NCBI RefSeq assembly: GCF_026571515.1
Contig: NW_026863858.1
Location: forward strand, 62,001 to 126,000
Source of the DNA: Ruditapes philippinarum
Taxonomy: Eukaryota
DNA length: 64,000 bases
Direction of reading: 5' to 3'
Positions 52,466-64,000 of the stretch are shown here, piece by piece (positions within the stretch are counted from its first letter, which is position 1; each line of letters starts with the position of its first letter). Below the pieces are notes generated by a model, which saw only the letters and a list, made by a program, of their open reading frames with translations, was not told the origin of the DNA and did not search any database. Both the position numbers and the translations under genes were made by a program.

Positions 52466-53855
52466 CTGTTATTTGCTGACGATATGGCCATCTTAGGCAA
52501 GTCACCATTGGAACTGCAAAACCATTTGGATATTTTACATTCATATTGCTCTACATGGGGATTAAAAGTAAATACAAGCAAAACAAAAGTAATGGTTTTT
52601 CAAAAACGAGGGGGGTTATTACAAAATGAGAACTGGACCTATGATGGCTAAATTTTAGAAGTTGTGAATGATTTTAATTATTTAGTACTGTATTTAATTA
52701 TACAGGTAATTTTTCGCTTAACCAAGAACACTTGGTAGGGAAAGCTTTAAAAGCTCTTAATGTTTTGTTTTATAATTGTAAAAAGTTTGGTCTCGAACCT
52801 AAAATATTATGTCCATTATTTGATGCTTTCATTGGGTCTATTTTAGGATACGGGTCTGAAATTTAGGGATACACGAAATCTAAAGAATTCGAAAGAATCC
52901 ACTTAAAATTTTGTAAACGTTTGCTTAATGTTAGAGCAATTACTTGTTCTGCTGCAGTTTATGGTGAGTTGGGGCGTTATCCGCTGTATGTGACTCGTTA
53001 CGTTAGAATTGTCAAGTTTTGGTGTAAGTTGAAAAACACTGATAATATTGTTTTAAAATCTATGTATGAAGATGGTTTATTGGATTGTAATAAAGGACAC
53101 CGCAAAAGGGTTTCAAATGTTAAAAAAATTACTCTGTAATTATGGTTTTGCTGAAATTTTTAATGAAAATTGCGTTGATGCAAAAGTGTTCCGTATCATT
53201 TTTAAACGCAGAGTTATAGACACTTTTATTCAAGAATGGACAGCTACGTTAGAACGTGGCCCAGTTTTGTTTAATTACAAAAAACTTAAGCTTAATTTTG
53301 GTTATGAAAGTTATCTTGATATTCTGCCTCGTAAATATAGATATTATTTTTGTAAATTAAGATTATCTGTACATCCTTTAAGAATACAGCCTGGGAGATT
53401 CAATAGGAATAATACACCTCGTGATCAACGATATTGTTTATGTTGCAATACATTTGACATAGAAGATGAATACCATTTTATATGTGTATGCCCTTGTTTT
53501 AATAGTCTTCGAATGCAGTATCTTAAAAAATGTTATTATATTAGACCATCTGTGTTTAAATTTATAGATCTACTTTCAACGCAAAATAAAAGTATTTTAA
53601 TTAAGTTATCTAAATATATCCATGATTCTTTATCGTTGAGAAACGCAACCATTAACTCTTAACAAAAACTGATTTGTAATTATCATCTTGCATAAAGTTT
53701 GTCCTCTTTAATCATTGCTTATTTATTTAAGAATGTTTATAATTTGTATGTTTTCGTATGCCATATGACTATGTTTAATCAAATCTTTTGTTAAACAAGA
53801 CGATGTACCTATGTATAAGTCTGTAAATAAAATTCTGTTCTGTTCTGTTTTGTTC
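52466..53855 (+). mobile_element. 5'-truncated LINE (RT C-terminal half plus C-terminal Cys/His domain), copy 1, disabled
   Basis: LLFADDMAILG, KVNTSKTKVMVF, AVYGELGRYPL, LRLSVHPLRIQ.GR...C..C...IEDEYHFICVCP; stops and frameshifts; AATAAA followed by a (TTCTG)n tail. Confidence 0.92.
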
Positions 53856-54307
53856 ATGTTAGGCTTGCACACTAACCAATATGATTACAGAAATAGTTTT
53901 TCGTTGGTTGTACAGGTCAAAACTCAGGTGTGACAATCAAAACATTATAAGTAAAAACTAAATACCGGAGGGTTGTATATTTGTGAGCATACATGCATCT
54001 GTATATGTTTCTGATTTGGTGCCGAGACCCGTTTGTTGGTCGTAAAACTTTGAATTTGAATTTTAGTTATCGGTCAGCCTTTACGTGCATGGCGGGATTG
54101 TTAGCAGGATGGTTCAATGCGTACTTTGTATTGATTTATTCTTAATATCTTTGTTTTAATAACTTACGTCGAAAATGTTTGTACCCGTTAATTTCTATTA
54201 TCACGAAGAGCCTATATAACTTAACATTTCGACGTGGATACAGAGTAAAAGACAGAAGCGTTCATTCGATTAACAGCTACGTATACGGAGTAGACGAACA
54301 AAACAAA

Positions 54308-55583
54308 ATGTTCACAATCAGTGGAGTTCTTATTACATGGCTTGTTATGTTAAGGTAGGTGTTCTTTATGATTGTCTATTTGTTGTTGTTGTTGTTTCAT
54401 TTCTAGAGTATTTCNNNNNNNNNNNNNNNNNNNNNNNNNNNNNNNNNNNNNNNNNNNNNNNNNNNNNNNNNNNNNNNNNNNNNNNNNNNNNNNNNNNNNN
54501 NNNNNNNNNNNNNNNNNNNNNNNNNNNNNNNNNNNNNNNNNNNNNNNNNNNNNNNNNNNNNNNNNNNNNNNNNNNNNNNNNNNNNNNNNNNNNNNNNNCA
54601 TAACAGCAAAAAAGTAATAAGATACATAACATAAAAAAGTAGATAAATATATATCCATCTTTTGTAGAAGTTCCCCTTATTCTAATGTACACAGCCAAAT
54701 TGCTCTGTCAGAAAATGCCAATGAAAAGCCGAGAGATCTAACAAACAAAGCAAATGAATAAAATAATCAGTTGGTGTTCAGAACATGTCAGATGGTCTTA
54801 AGGTCAATAAAAGTGACAGTTTTAATAGTTAAATGACATGATTAAAAAAGTTGCAGATTTTGTGTGAACTAGAGTGCCTATGAATGGCACTGACATATAG
54901 CAGCTACTTTCTTTAACTGAACACTGCGCTTTATTAGCAAAACACAACGCTATACCAGTTATATTCTTTAGCAGAACACTGCCATATACCATTTACCTTT
55001 TTTATCATTACCTTTTTAGCAGAACACTTTTGTTTTAAAACGAAAAGGATGTTTGATGAGTTTTGTTTTTGTTTTTTAGGGGGTTTTTTTTGAAGTAATA
55101 ATCTATAACGACTCAAAGATAAACTGATAATTTAAATATTTATTCCTTTTCTTTCATTTCAGAATAACAGATGGCAAACCAGTCTCGACATTTACTGATG
55201 GTAACGTTACATTGGAAGAGGTAATTGGACGTAATTTTACGAACATGGCAGAAGGAATCATCTTTACGGAGAACGCCCACGACAATAAATCGGAAGAATC
55301 AATTATCTTCTTTGCAGCGGGCACAGACGCTGGTGACGAGACTACGGAGCAAGAAGGTGCAGGAAAAGTAAATATCGCCATAGGCATGCTACTGTTCCCT
55401 GCTGATAACACAGTGGATGAAAATCCAAGCGTAGATTACTGCTTTGAAGAAGAAGATACATGGAAACAAAACATGATGATAGAAAAGCTGTTCAGCAACA
55501 AAGAAACAAAGCAACGACAACATAAACACAAGAAACATCACCACAATGGCAGAAAATTCGCACACTGGCCATCTCATTTTTAA
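54308..55583 (+). CDS. Uncharacterised secreted acidic/His-rich precursor, copy 2, 155 aa (exons 54308-54354, 55163-55583)
   Basis: MFTISGVLITWLVMLRITDG-KPVSTF...KQRQHKHKKHHHNGRKFAHWPSHF*; 47+421 nt = 156 codons; canonical GT-AG. Confidence 0.85.
54415..54598. other. Assembly gap (N run) in intron of copy 2
   Basis: Ns. Confidence 1.
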
Positions 55584-58500
55584 AAAAAATGTAGAACTCT
55601 AAAAGCTGACTCAGTCTTGATATTCAAGATTGGTAGAATTGGTCTATGTTGTGAATTTATGTATGTTTCAATAAAATATTCCAAATGAGTAAAATATTGT
55701 TTATTTTTCTTTTCGGTATAAGCCAATAAACAAATGTGATATTGTGTTTTAATATAATTGTAGCACACATTGTATGCAACGAGTTTATCAAGCTAGATGA
55801 TCAACATAATTTTTAACTCGTAGCACTTACGGAATCCATTTTATAGAGAATAGTGAATGAGTGTAGGTTTAATACTGAATTTTTTGAACGAGATGCTTTC
55901 ATAATATTATTTATTCAACATGTTTAATAAATTCAGTATTGAACAATATCCTTTATATATCAAATTTTATGCGGGCCTCTTAACCTACACGAATATATAA
56001 CTTAACTGAAAGTGGTTTTGCCATCAAACTTTAATGATGTTTAATACCAGAAATAATGGTAGACTTATTTTTCTTATATCATTATACATGTAACAAGAAA
56101 AACCGGGATCGCTCACCTGAGATACATTGCTAAAAAGGTCACAATTTTTATTTCTTTGGGTTTGTTATTTCTACCTAAGCTGCATTATAAGGTGATGTTG
56201 CATGCAAAAGTATCTAAACTCTGGAAATTGTATTTTCAGAGAAGAAGAATTTTAGAACAAGTCTATGATAACTAAGTGACCCCCGGGCGAATCCATTTAA
56301 GGCCCCGAGAATATTAATTACAAGATTATGAAAATTTTGTACAGGTTCATATAGACAATGATGCATACAAAATATCTAAGGTCAAGGCAAAGGAAGAGGA
56401 CTGAGATACATTTTCTTATACAAATCATTATAAACTAAGTGACCCCAAGGGAGTTGACCAACTTTGAATAAAGTGGTATGATTTTTATATGCTTTTTGAA
56501 GAGGACTATAATGTGATTATTCATCCCCCGTATCTTAGCTCTTGGTATTGTACTTTCAGAGAAGAAAATTTGAGACATATTTACTATTCTTGTCTAAATT
56601 AAATAAGTGCTCCACCCCAGGGCTTAGCGATTTTCTGACCCTAGTGGAGTTATTTATATCAGTTATATAGTAATCTACTATGTTAAGCTACGTGTCAAAT
56701 ACATAAGCTCTTACCATTGTATTTTTACAGAAAAGACCTGAAAAGATTATTTCCTATTTAAGTCCATATAAACGAAAATGAACCATTTTTTACCCAAAGG
56801 GCATGATTAGTATAACTTTTGTAGAGGACGATAAGGTGATGTTACATGTCAAATATCTAAGATCTAGGCATTGTAGTTTCTGGGGAGAAGGTTTTAGAAA
56901 ATATTTTACTAACAAGACAATATAAATTAAGGGCAAGGGTCCCATGGCAAGATCAATTTAACCCAAGGGGCATGATATATATATATAATATTATATATTT
57001 AAGTAGGATGCCACTTGGCATTGAAGTTTCATCATACTAAGAAGACTAAAATGTATTTTCAATTTAAACCTATGTAAATTAAGTGACCCCTATTTCATGG
57101 CCAATTTTAACACCAGGGACATGATTTTATAATGTGATTTTTCATGCTAAGTATTTAAGATCTCAGCATCGTAGTTTCTGAGAAGAACAATTCAAATATT
57201 TCATTTTTAAAGCTTTCAGCTCCTGTTACCTACTTATGCATCAGACTGGAGCCGTTTTTTAAGGAATACCAAAATATCATTCCTGTGAAGTTTAGTCATA
57301 TTTCATCGAGTGGTTTAAGTGATGTCTTTCAAAGAAATTGTGAACAACGACGAACGACGGACAAATTACCATTTTCTGAGCACAAGTGTCCATGTGAGTT
57401 AGAACGACATACATATAAACAGAACAGAACAGAACATATAAATTATTTTGAATTAAGCAAATACAACTCATCTTCATATACAACAAATATACAACAAATA
57501 TACACATGACTGTATGAATATGAAAAATGGTAAACGGATATCAATAAATGAAATAAACTAGTGAGAGTGTAATACAAAACACATGTAACATCCTCAATAC
57601 AACAAGGTGGTCTTACATATCGTTATCCGGCAAAGACTTAAATTTTTTGTGACAACATGATCCTCCTATCGTTATTGGACATCTTTGTAAAGCAATCATC
57701 GCCTTATGAGTCGAGACGAGCATCAAGCAAGAATTTAACGTCTGAATTAACTTGCATTTTGTCGGACAATTTTTAAGAGAAATTATATTATATTCAAGGA
57801 AAGCCTAACATCAAACTAGAAAACGTATAGTATTGATATTTGTATTCTAGATGTTTTTTTGTTATGAAAGATATTAAAACTTGTATTAATTGTATTAATT
57901 ATCTTTTTACCAACGGACTGTACAAACGTTTGTTAGATGAGAGACAATTATTTCTATAAAATCCTTACCAAATAAACAACTGACGTTATAAACACACGTA
58001 TCCTTGATTATCAGAAATCCCTACAGCTAAAGCAAGGAAAAATTGTAAAGATCAACAATATATAATGACCAACGGAGCGCTCCGAGTAAAATGATATTTG
58101 ACATAATGATTGACTCAAAACTCAAATAGATCTATATTTAAATGACCATAGTCCAAGCACGAGGACCTATAAATCTTTGTCCAAAATGTGTTCATCTTAA
58201 TGTCATGTTACGCTTTCAAAAGCATTTACATGGTGAATATCAATATCGGCATCTATTACTATTTGTCTTCTATTCAAAGATTATCCAAAGAACATATCAG
58301 GTGCACGACGAAACATTGCGATATTGTGTACAAGTAGCTTATAGTCGAGTTGCAGTAATTGGGAAATGGTCACACTCCTTAGAAGGACACAGTTACGACA
58401 TTCTTTTGTTCCATAGTATATTTTTTACTCGACATACCCCTTTTATCAGTAGAATGAACATTTACTGGATTTGTGTCCATCGCCCGATTGTTTTCATAAA

Positions 58501-58613
58501 AGAATGATTTGTACTGAAAAGATGGTAACGTTTTAGTAAATTTAGCAATAAGTTACCGATATGGATATTCGCCGTGATTTAGTTATTCATGTTATTCATA
58601 TATTTTGATTTTA

Positions 58614-60003
58614 CTGTTATTTGCTGACGATATGGCCATCTTAGGCAAGTCACCATTGGAACTGCAAAACCATTTGGATCTTTTACATTCATATTGCTCT
58701 ACATAGGGATTAAAAGTAAATACAAGCAAAACAAAAGTAATGGTTTTTCGAAAACGAGGGGGGTTATTACAAAATGAGAACTGGACCTATGATGGCCAAA
58801 TTTTAGAATTTGTGAATGATTTTTATTATTTAGGTACTGTATTTAATTATACAGGTAATTTTTCGCTTAACCAAGAACACTTGGTAGGGAAAGCTTTAAA
58901 AGCTCTTAATGTTTTGTTTTATAATTGTAAAAAGTTTGGTCTCAAATCTAAAATATTATGTCCATTATTTGATGCGTTCATTGAGTCTATTTTAGGATAC
59001 GGGTCTGAAATTTAGGGATACACGAAATCTAAAGAATTGGAAAGAATCCACTTAAAATTCTGTAAACGTTTGCTTAACGTTAGAGCAATTACTTGTTCTG
59101 CTGCAGTTTATGGTGAGTCGGGGCGTTATCCGCTGTATGTGACTCGTTACGTTAGAATTGTCAAGTTTTGGTGTAAGTTGAAAAACACTGATAATATTGT
59201 TTTAAAAACTATGTATGAAGATGGTTTATTGGATTGTAATAAAGGACACCGCAATTGGGTTTCAAATGTTAAAAAAACTACTCTGTAATTATGGTTTTGC
59301 TAAAATTTTTAATGAAAATTGCGTTGATGCAAAAGTGTTCCCTATCATTTTTAAACGCAGAGTTATAGACACTTTTATTCAAGAATGGACAGCTACGTTA
59401 GAACGTAACCCAGTTTTGTTTAATTACAAGAATTTTAAGCTTAATTTTGGTTATGAAAGTTATCTTGATATTCTGCCTTGTAAATATAGATATTATTTTT
59501 GTAAATTAAGGTTATCTGTACATCCTTTACGAATACAGACTGGGAGATACAATAGGAATAATACACCTCGTGATCAACGATATTGTTTATGTTGCAATAC
59601 ATTTGACATAGAAGATGAATACCATTTTATATGTGTATGCCCTTGTTTTAATAGTCTTCGAATGCAGTATCTTAAAAAATGTTATTATATTAGACCATCT
59701 GTGTTTAAATTTATAGATCTACTTTCAACGCAAAATAAAAGTATTTTAATTAAGTTATCTAAATATATCCATGATTCTTTATCGTGGAGAAACGCAACCA
59801 TTAACTCTTAACAAAACTGATTTGTAATTATCATCTTGCATAAAGTTTGTCCTCTTTAATCATTGTTTATTTATTTAAGAATGTTTATAATTTGTATGTT
59901 TTCGTATGCCATATGACTATGTTTAATCAAATCTTTTGTTAAACAAGACGATGTACCTATGTATAAGTCTGTAAATAAAATTCTGTTCTGTTCTGTTTTG
60001 TTC
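58614..60003 (+). mobile_element. 5'-truncated LINE, copy 2, disabled
   Basis: Near-identical to 52466-53855, with the same truncation point and shared lesions (GSEI* stop, frameshift at VKK). Confidence 0.92.
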
Positions 60004-60367
60004 ATGTTAGGCTTGCACACTAACCAATATGATTACAGAAATAGTTTTTCGTTGGTTGTACAGGTCAAAACTCAGGTGTGACAATCAAAACATTATAAGT
60101 AAAAACTAAATACCGGAGGGTTGTATATTTGTGAGCATACATGCATCTTTACGTGCATGACGGGATTGTTAGCAGGATGGTTCAATGCGTACTTTGTATT
60201 GATTAATTTTTAATATCTTTGTTTTAATAACTTACGTCGAAAATTTTCGTACCTGTTAATTTATATTATCACGAAGAGCCTATATAAATTGATGTTTCGA
60301 CGTGGATACAGAGCAAAGACAGAAGTGTTCATTCGGTAACATATACGGAGCAGACGAAAAAAACAAA

Positions 60368-61652
60368 ATGTTCACTATCAGTGGTGTTCTTATCACATGG
60401 GTAGTTATGTTAAGGTAGGTGTTCTTTATGATTGTCTATTTGTAATAGTTGTTGTTGTTGTTTCATTTCTAGAGTATTTCTTCATTCTGTTTGTTGTTTT
60501 TATTTTATTTAGTTATTTATTCTGTTCAATTTTTTTTATATTATTATTATTTTTTTATTATCATTATTATTGTTATTATCATTATAAGTATTATTATTAT
60601 TTGGATTTTTATTATTATTTATATTATCATTATTATAACTATTATTATAATTATCATTATTATTATTATTATTATTTTATTATAATTATATAATTATTAT
60701 AATTATTATTATTATAATTTAAAATGCATAACAGCAAAAAAGTAATAAAATAAATTACTGAGATCTAACAAACAAAGCAAATGAATAAAATAATCAGTAG
60801 GTGTTCAGAACATGTCAGATTGTCTTAAGGTCAATAAAAGTGACAGTTTTAATAGTTAATTGACATGATTAAAAAAGGTTGCAGATTTTGTGTGAACAAG
60901 AGTGCCTATCAATGGCACTGACATATAGCAGCTACTTTCTTTAACTGAACACTGCGCTTTATTAGCAAAACACCACGCTATACCAGTTATATTCTTTAGC
61001 AGAACACTGCCATATACCAGTTACCTCATTACCTTTTTAGCAGAACACTTTTGTCTTAAAACGAAAAGGATGTTTGATGAGTTTTGTTTTTGTTTTTTTG
61101 GGGTTTTTTTGGAAGTTGTAATCTATGATATATATTTTTCTGATGATACTGTATATTTGCATATCAACTTTTTATAACGATTCAAAGATAAACAGATAAT
61201 TTAAATATTTATTTCTTTTCTTTCATTTCAGTATAACAGATGGCAAACCAGTCTCGACATTCACCGATGGTAACGTTACATTAGAAGAGGTAATTGGACG
61301 TAATTTTACAAACATGGCAGAAGGAATCATCTTTACGGAGAACGCCCACGACAATAAATCGGAAGAATCAATTCTCTTCTTTGCCGCGGGCACAGACGCC
61401 GGTGACGAGACTACGGAGCAAGAAGGTGCAGGAAAAGTAAATATCGCCATAGGCGTGCTACTGTTCTCTGCTGATAACATAGTGAATGAAAATCCAAGCG
61501 TAGATTACAGCTTTGAAGAAGAAGATATATGGAAACAAAACATGATGATAGAAAAGCTGTTCAGCAACAAAGAAACAAAGCAACGACAACATAAACACAA
61601 GAAACACCACCACAATGGCAGAAAATTCGCACACTGGCCATCTCATTTTTAA
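60368..61652 (+). CDS. Uncharacterised secreted acidic/His-rich precursor, copy 3, 155 aa (exons 60368-60414, 61232-61652)
   Basis: MFTISGVLITWVVMLSITDG-KPVSTF...HHHNGRKFAHWPSHF*; canonical GT-AG, in frame. Confidence 0.85.
60490..60720. repeat. (TAT)n imperfect microsatellite in intron of copy 3
   Basis: Direct reading; occupies the position of the N gaps in copies 1 and 2. Confidence 0.95.
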
Positions 61653-64000
61653 AAAAAATGTAGAACTCTAAAAGCTGACTCAGTTTTGATATTCAAGATT
61701 GGTAGAATTGGTCTATGTTGTGAATTTATGTATGTATCAATAAAATATTCCAAATGAGTAAAATATTGTTTATTTTTCTTTTCGGTATAAGCCAATAAAC
61801 AAATGTGATATTGTGTTTTGATATAATTGTAGCACACATTGTCTGCAACGAGTTTATCAAGCTAGATGATCAACATTTTTTTTATCTCGTAGCACTCACG
61901 GAATCCATTATATAGACGATATTGGATGAGTGTAGGTTCAATACTGGATTTATTGAACGAGATGCTCGCATAATATTATTTATTCAACATGTTTAATAAA
62001 TTCAGTATTGAATTTACACTCATTCAATATCTTCTATATATGAAATATTAGGGAGCCTCTTGACCTACACGAATATATTACGTAACGGAAAGTGGTTTCG
62101 CTATCAAACTTTAATGATGTTTAATACCAAAAATAATGGTAGACTTATTTATCTTGTATCATTATACATGTAACAAGAAAAACCGGGATCGCTCATTTGT
62201 GATACATTGAGATAAAAGTGTGACACTTTTTATTTTTCATATTGTTCTTTTTACCTAAGCTGCATTATAAGATGATGTTACATTCAAAGTATCTAAACTC
62301 TGGACATTGTATTTTCAGAGAAGAAGATTTTTTAATACAAGTCTATGATAACTAAATGACCCCCGGGCGAATCCATTTTAGGCCCCGGAATATTAATTGC
62401 AAGATTATAAAATTTTGTAGAGGTTCACATAGACAATGATGCATACAAAATATCTAAGGTCAAGGCAATGGAAGATGTTTGTGATACTTTTTCCTATACA
62501 AATCATTACAAACTAGGTGACCCCAAGAGAGTTGGCCAACTTTGAATAAAGTGGTATGATTTTTATATGCTTTTTGAAGAGGACAACAGCTACAGACTAA
62601 TGTGATTCTTCATGACCCGTATCTAAGCTCTTGGCGTTGTACTTTCAGAGAAGAAAATTTAAGACATGGTAACTATTCTTGTCTATATTTAATAAGTGGC
62701 CCCCATGGCTTGGCGATTTTCTGACCCTAGTGGAGTTATTTATATCAGTTATGTAGTAATCTACAATGTTAAGCTACGTGCCAAATGCATAAGCTCTTAC
62801 CATTGTATTTTTGCAGAAAATACCTAAAAAGGGTATTGCTATTTAAGTCCATATAAACGAAAGTGAACCATTTTTTACCCAATGGGCATGATTTATATAA
62901 CTTTTGTAGAGGACGATAAGGTGATGTTACATGCCAAATATCTAATTTATTTTAAGCTAAGCAAATACAACTCATCTTCATATACAACAAATATACAACA
63001 AATATACAACAAATATGCACATGCATGAATATGTAAACGCATATCAATAAATGAAGTAAACTAGTGAGAGTGTTATACAACACATGTTATATTCGTATAT
63101 AACTTTAAACAATACAAATAAAGTGGTCTTATATATCATTATCCGGCATTCAATGAATCAAATCTTCATTCAAAAGCTTTATTACAATATATAGCCAAAA
63201 CAAAGACTTACATACTTTTTACAACATGGTCCTCATACTGTTATTGACATCTTTGTAAATCAATCATCGCCTAATGAATCCAGGCGATCAGCAAGTTATC
63301 GTCCTAATTAACCTGCATTTTGTTTATTTTGTCGGACATTTTTTTAAAAATTATATTATATTCAAGGAAAGCCTGAAATCAAACCAGAAAATGTATAGTA
63401 CATGTATTGATATTTGTATTCTGAATGCTTTTTGTTATGAAATATATAAAACTTGTACTCATTGTATTAATTATCTATTTTACCAACGGACTGTACGAAC
63501 GTTTGTTTACTTTAGATGTGAGAAAAAAATATTTCTATATAAGCCTTTCGAAATAAACAACTAACGTTATAAACACACGTATTCTTGATTATCAGAAATC
63601 CCTAGAGCTAAAACAAGGAAAAAGTGTAAACAGCAACAATATTTAACGACCAACGGAGCGCTCCAAGTAAAATGATATTTGACATAATGATTGACTCAAA
63701 ACTCAAATAGATCTATATTTAAATGATCATAGTCCAAGCACGAGGATCAATAAATCTGTGTCCAAAATGTGCTCATCTAAATGTCATGTAACGCTTTAAA
63801 AGCATTTACATGGTGAATATCAATATCGGCATCCTATTTGCGACTATCTATTACTATTTGTCTTCTATTCAAAGATTTTCCAAAGAACATATCAGGTGCA
63901 CGACCTGGATGCGGCGAAACATTGCGATATTGTGAACAAGTAGCTTATAGTCGAGTTGCAGTAATTGGGAAATGGTCACACTCCTTAGAAGGACACAGAT

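Larger units (their letters stand above)
48150..64000 (+). repeat. ~6-kb tandem segmental duplication: units ~48150-54060, ~54061-60140, ~60141-end (partial)
   Basis: Homologous ATGs at 48389, 54308 and 60368; collinear gene, HINE and LINE content with unit-specific indels. Confidence 0.95.

Noticed and set aside
53066-53662. 198-aa Cys-containing ORFs (also 59215-59811) as host genes
   Set aside because: They are the C-terminal part of a disabled LINE ORF2.
60397-60693. Poly-Tyr / poly-Ile ORFs (also 41258-41446)
   Set aside because: (TAT)n or (AAT)n microsatellite translations.

Overview
AT-rich eukaryotic (animal) genomic DNA. The repeat landscape and gene content suggest a mollusc, probably a bivalve (inference). 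There are three N-gaps and several homopolymer-noisy stretches. Genes reconstructed by eye: (1) a multi-exon sphingosine-1-phosphate lyase (SGPL1-like) gene on the minus strand, ~13.2-25.1 kb; (2) a perlucin-like C-type lectin (EPN motif) on the minus strand, ~29.0-32.2 kb; (3) two paralogous class A GPCRs with intronless coding regions, at 38.7-39.9 kb and 44.9-46.2 kb; (4) three tandem ~6 kb units from ~48.1 kb to the window end. Each unit carries a two-exon gene, only partly seen by the ORF track, for a ~155-aa secreted protein with an acidic body and an invariant His/Lys-rich tail containing a G-RK processing-like site. The two complete units also carry a 5'-truncated LINE. In both the lyase and the lectin, a tandem array has amplified an exon/intron junction itself: 13 copies of an acceptor plus exon start in the lyase, and 8 copies of an exon end plus donor in the lectin. 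Intergenic and intronic DNA holds Helentron-type satellite-carrying elements (one nested inside another), several MITE families, a mariner remnant, LINE remnants, tRNA-derived SINE-like pieces and minisatellites.
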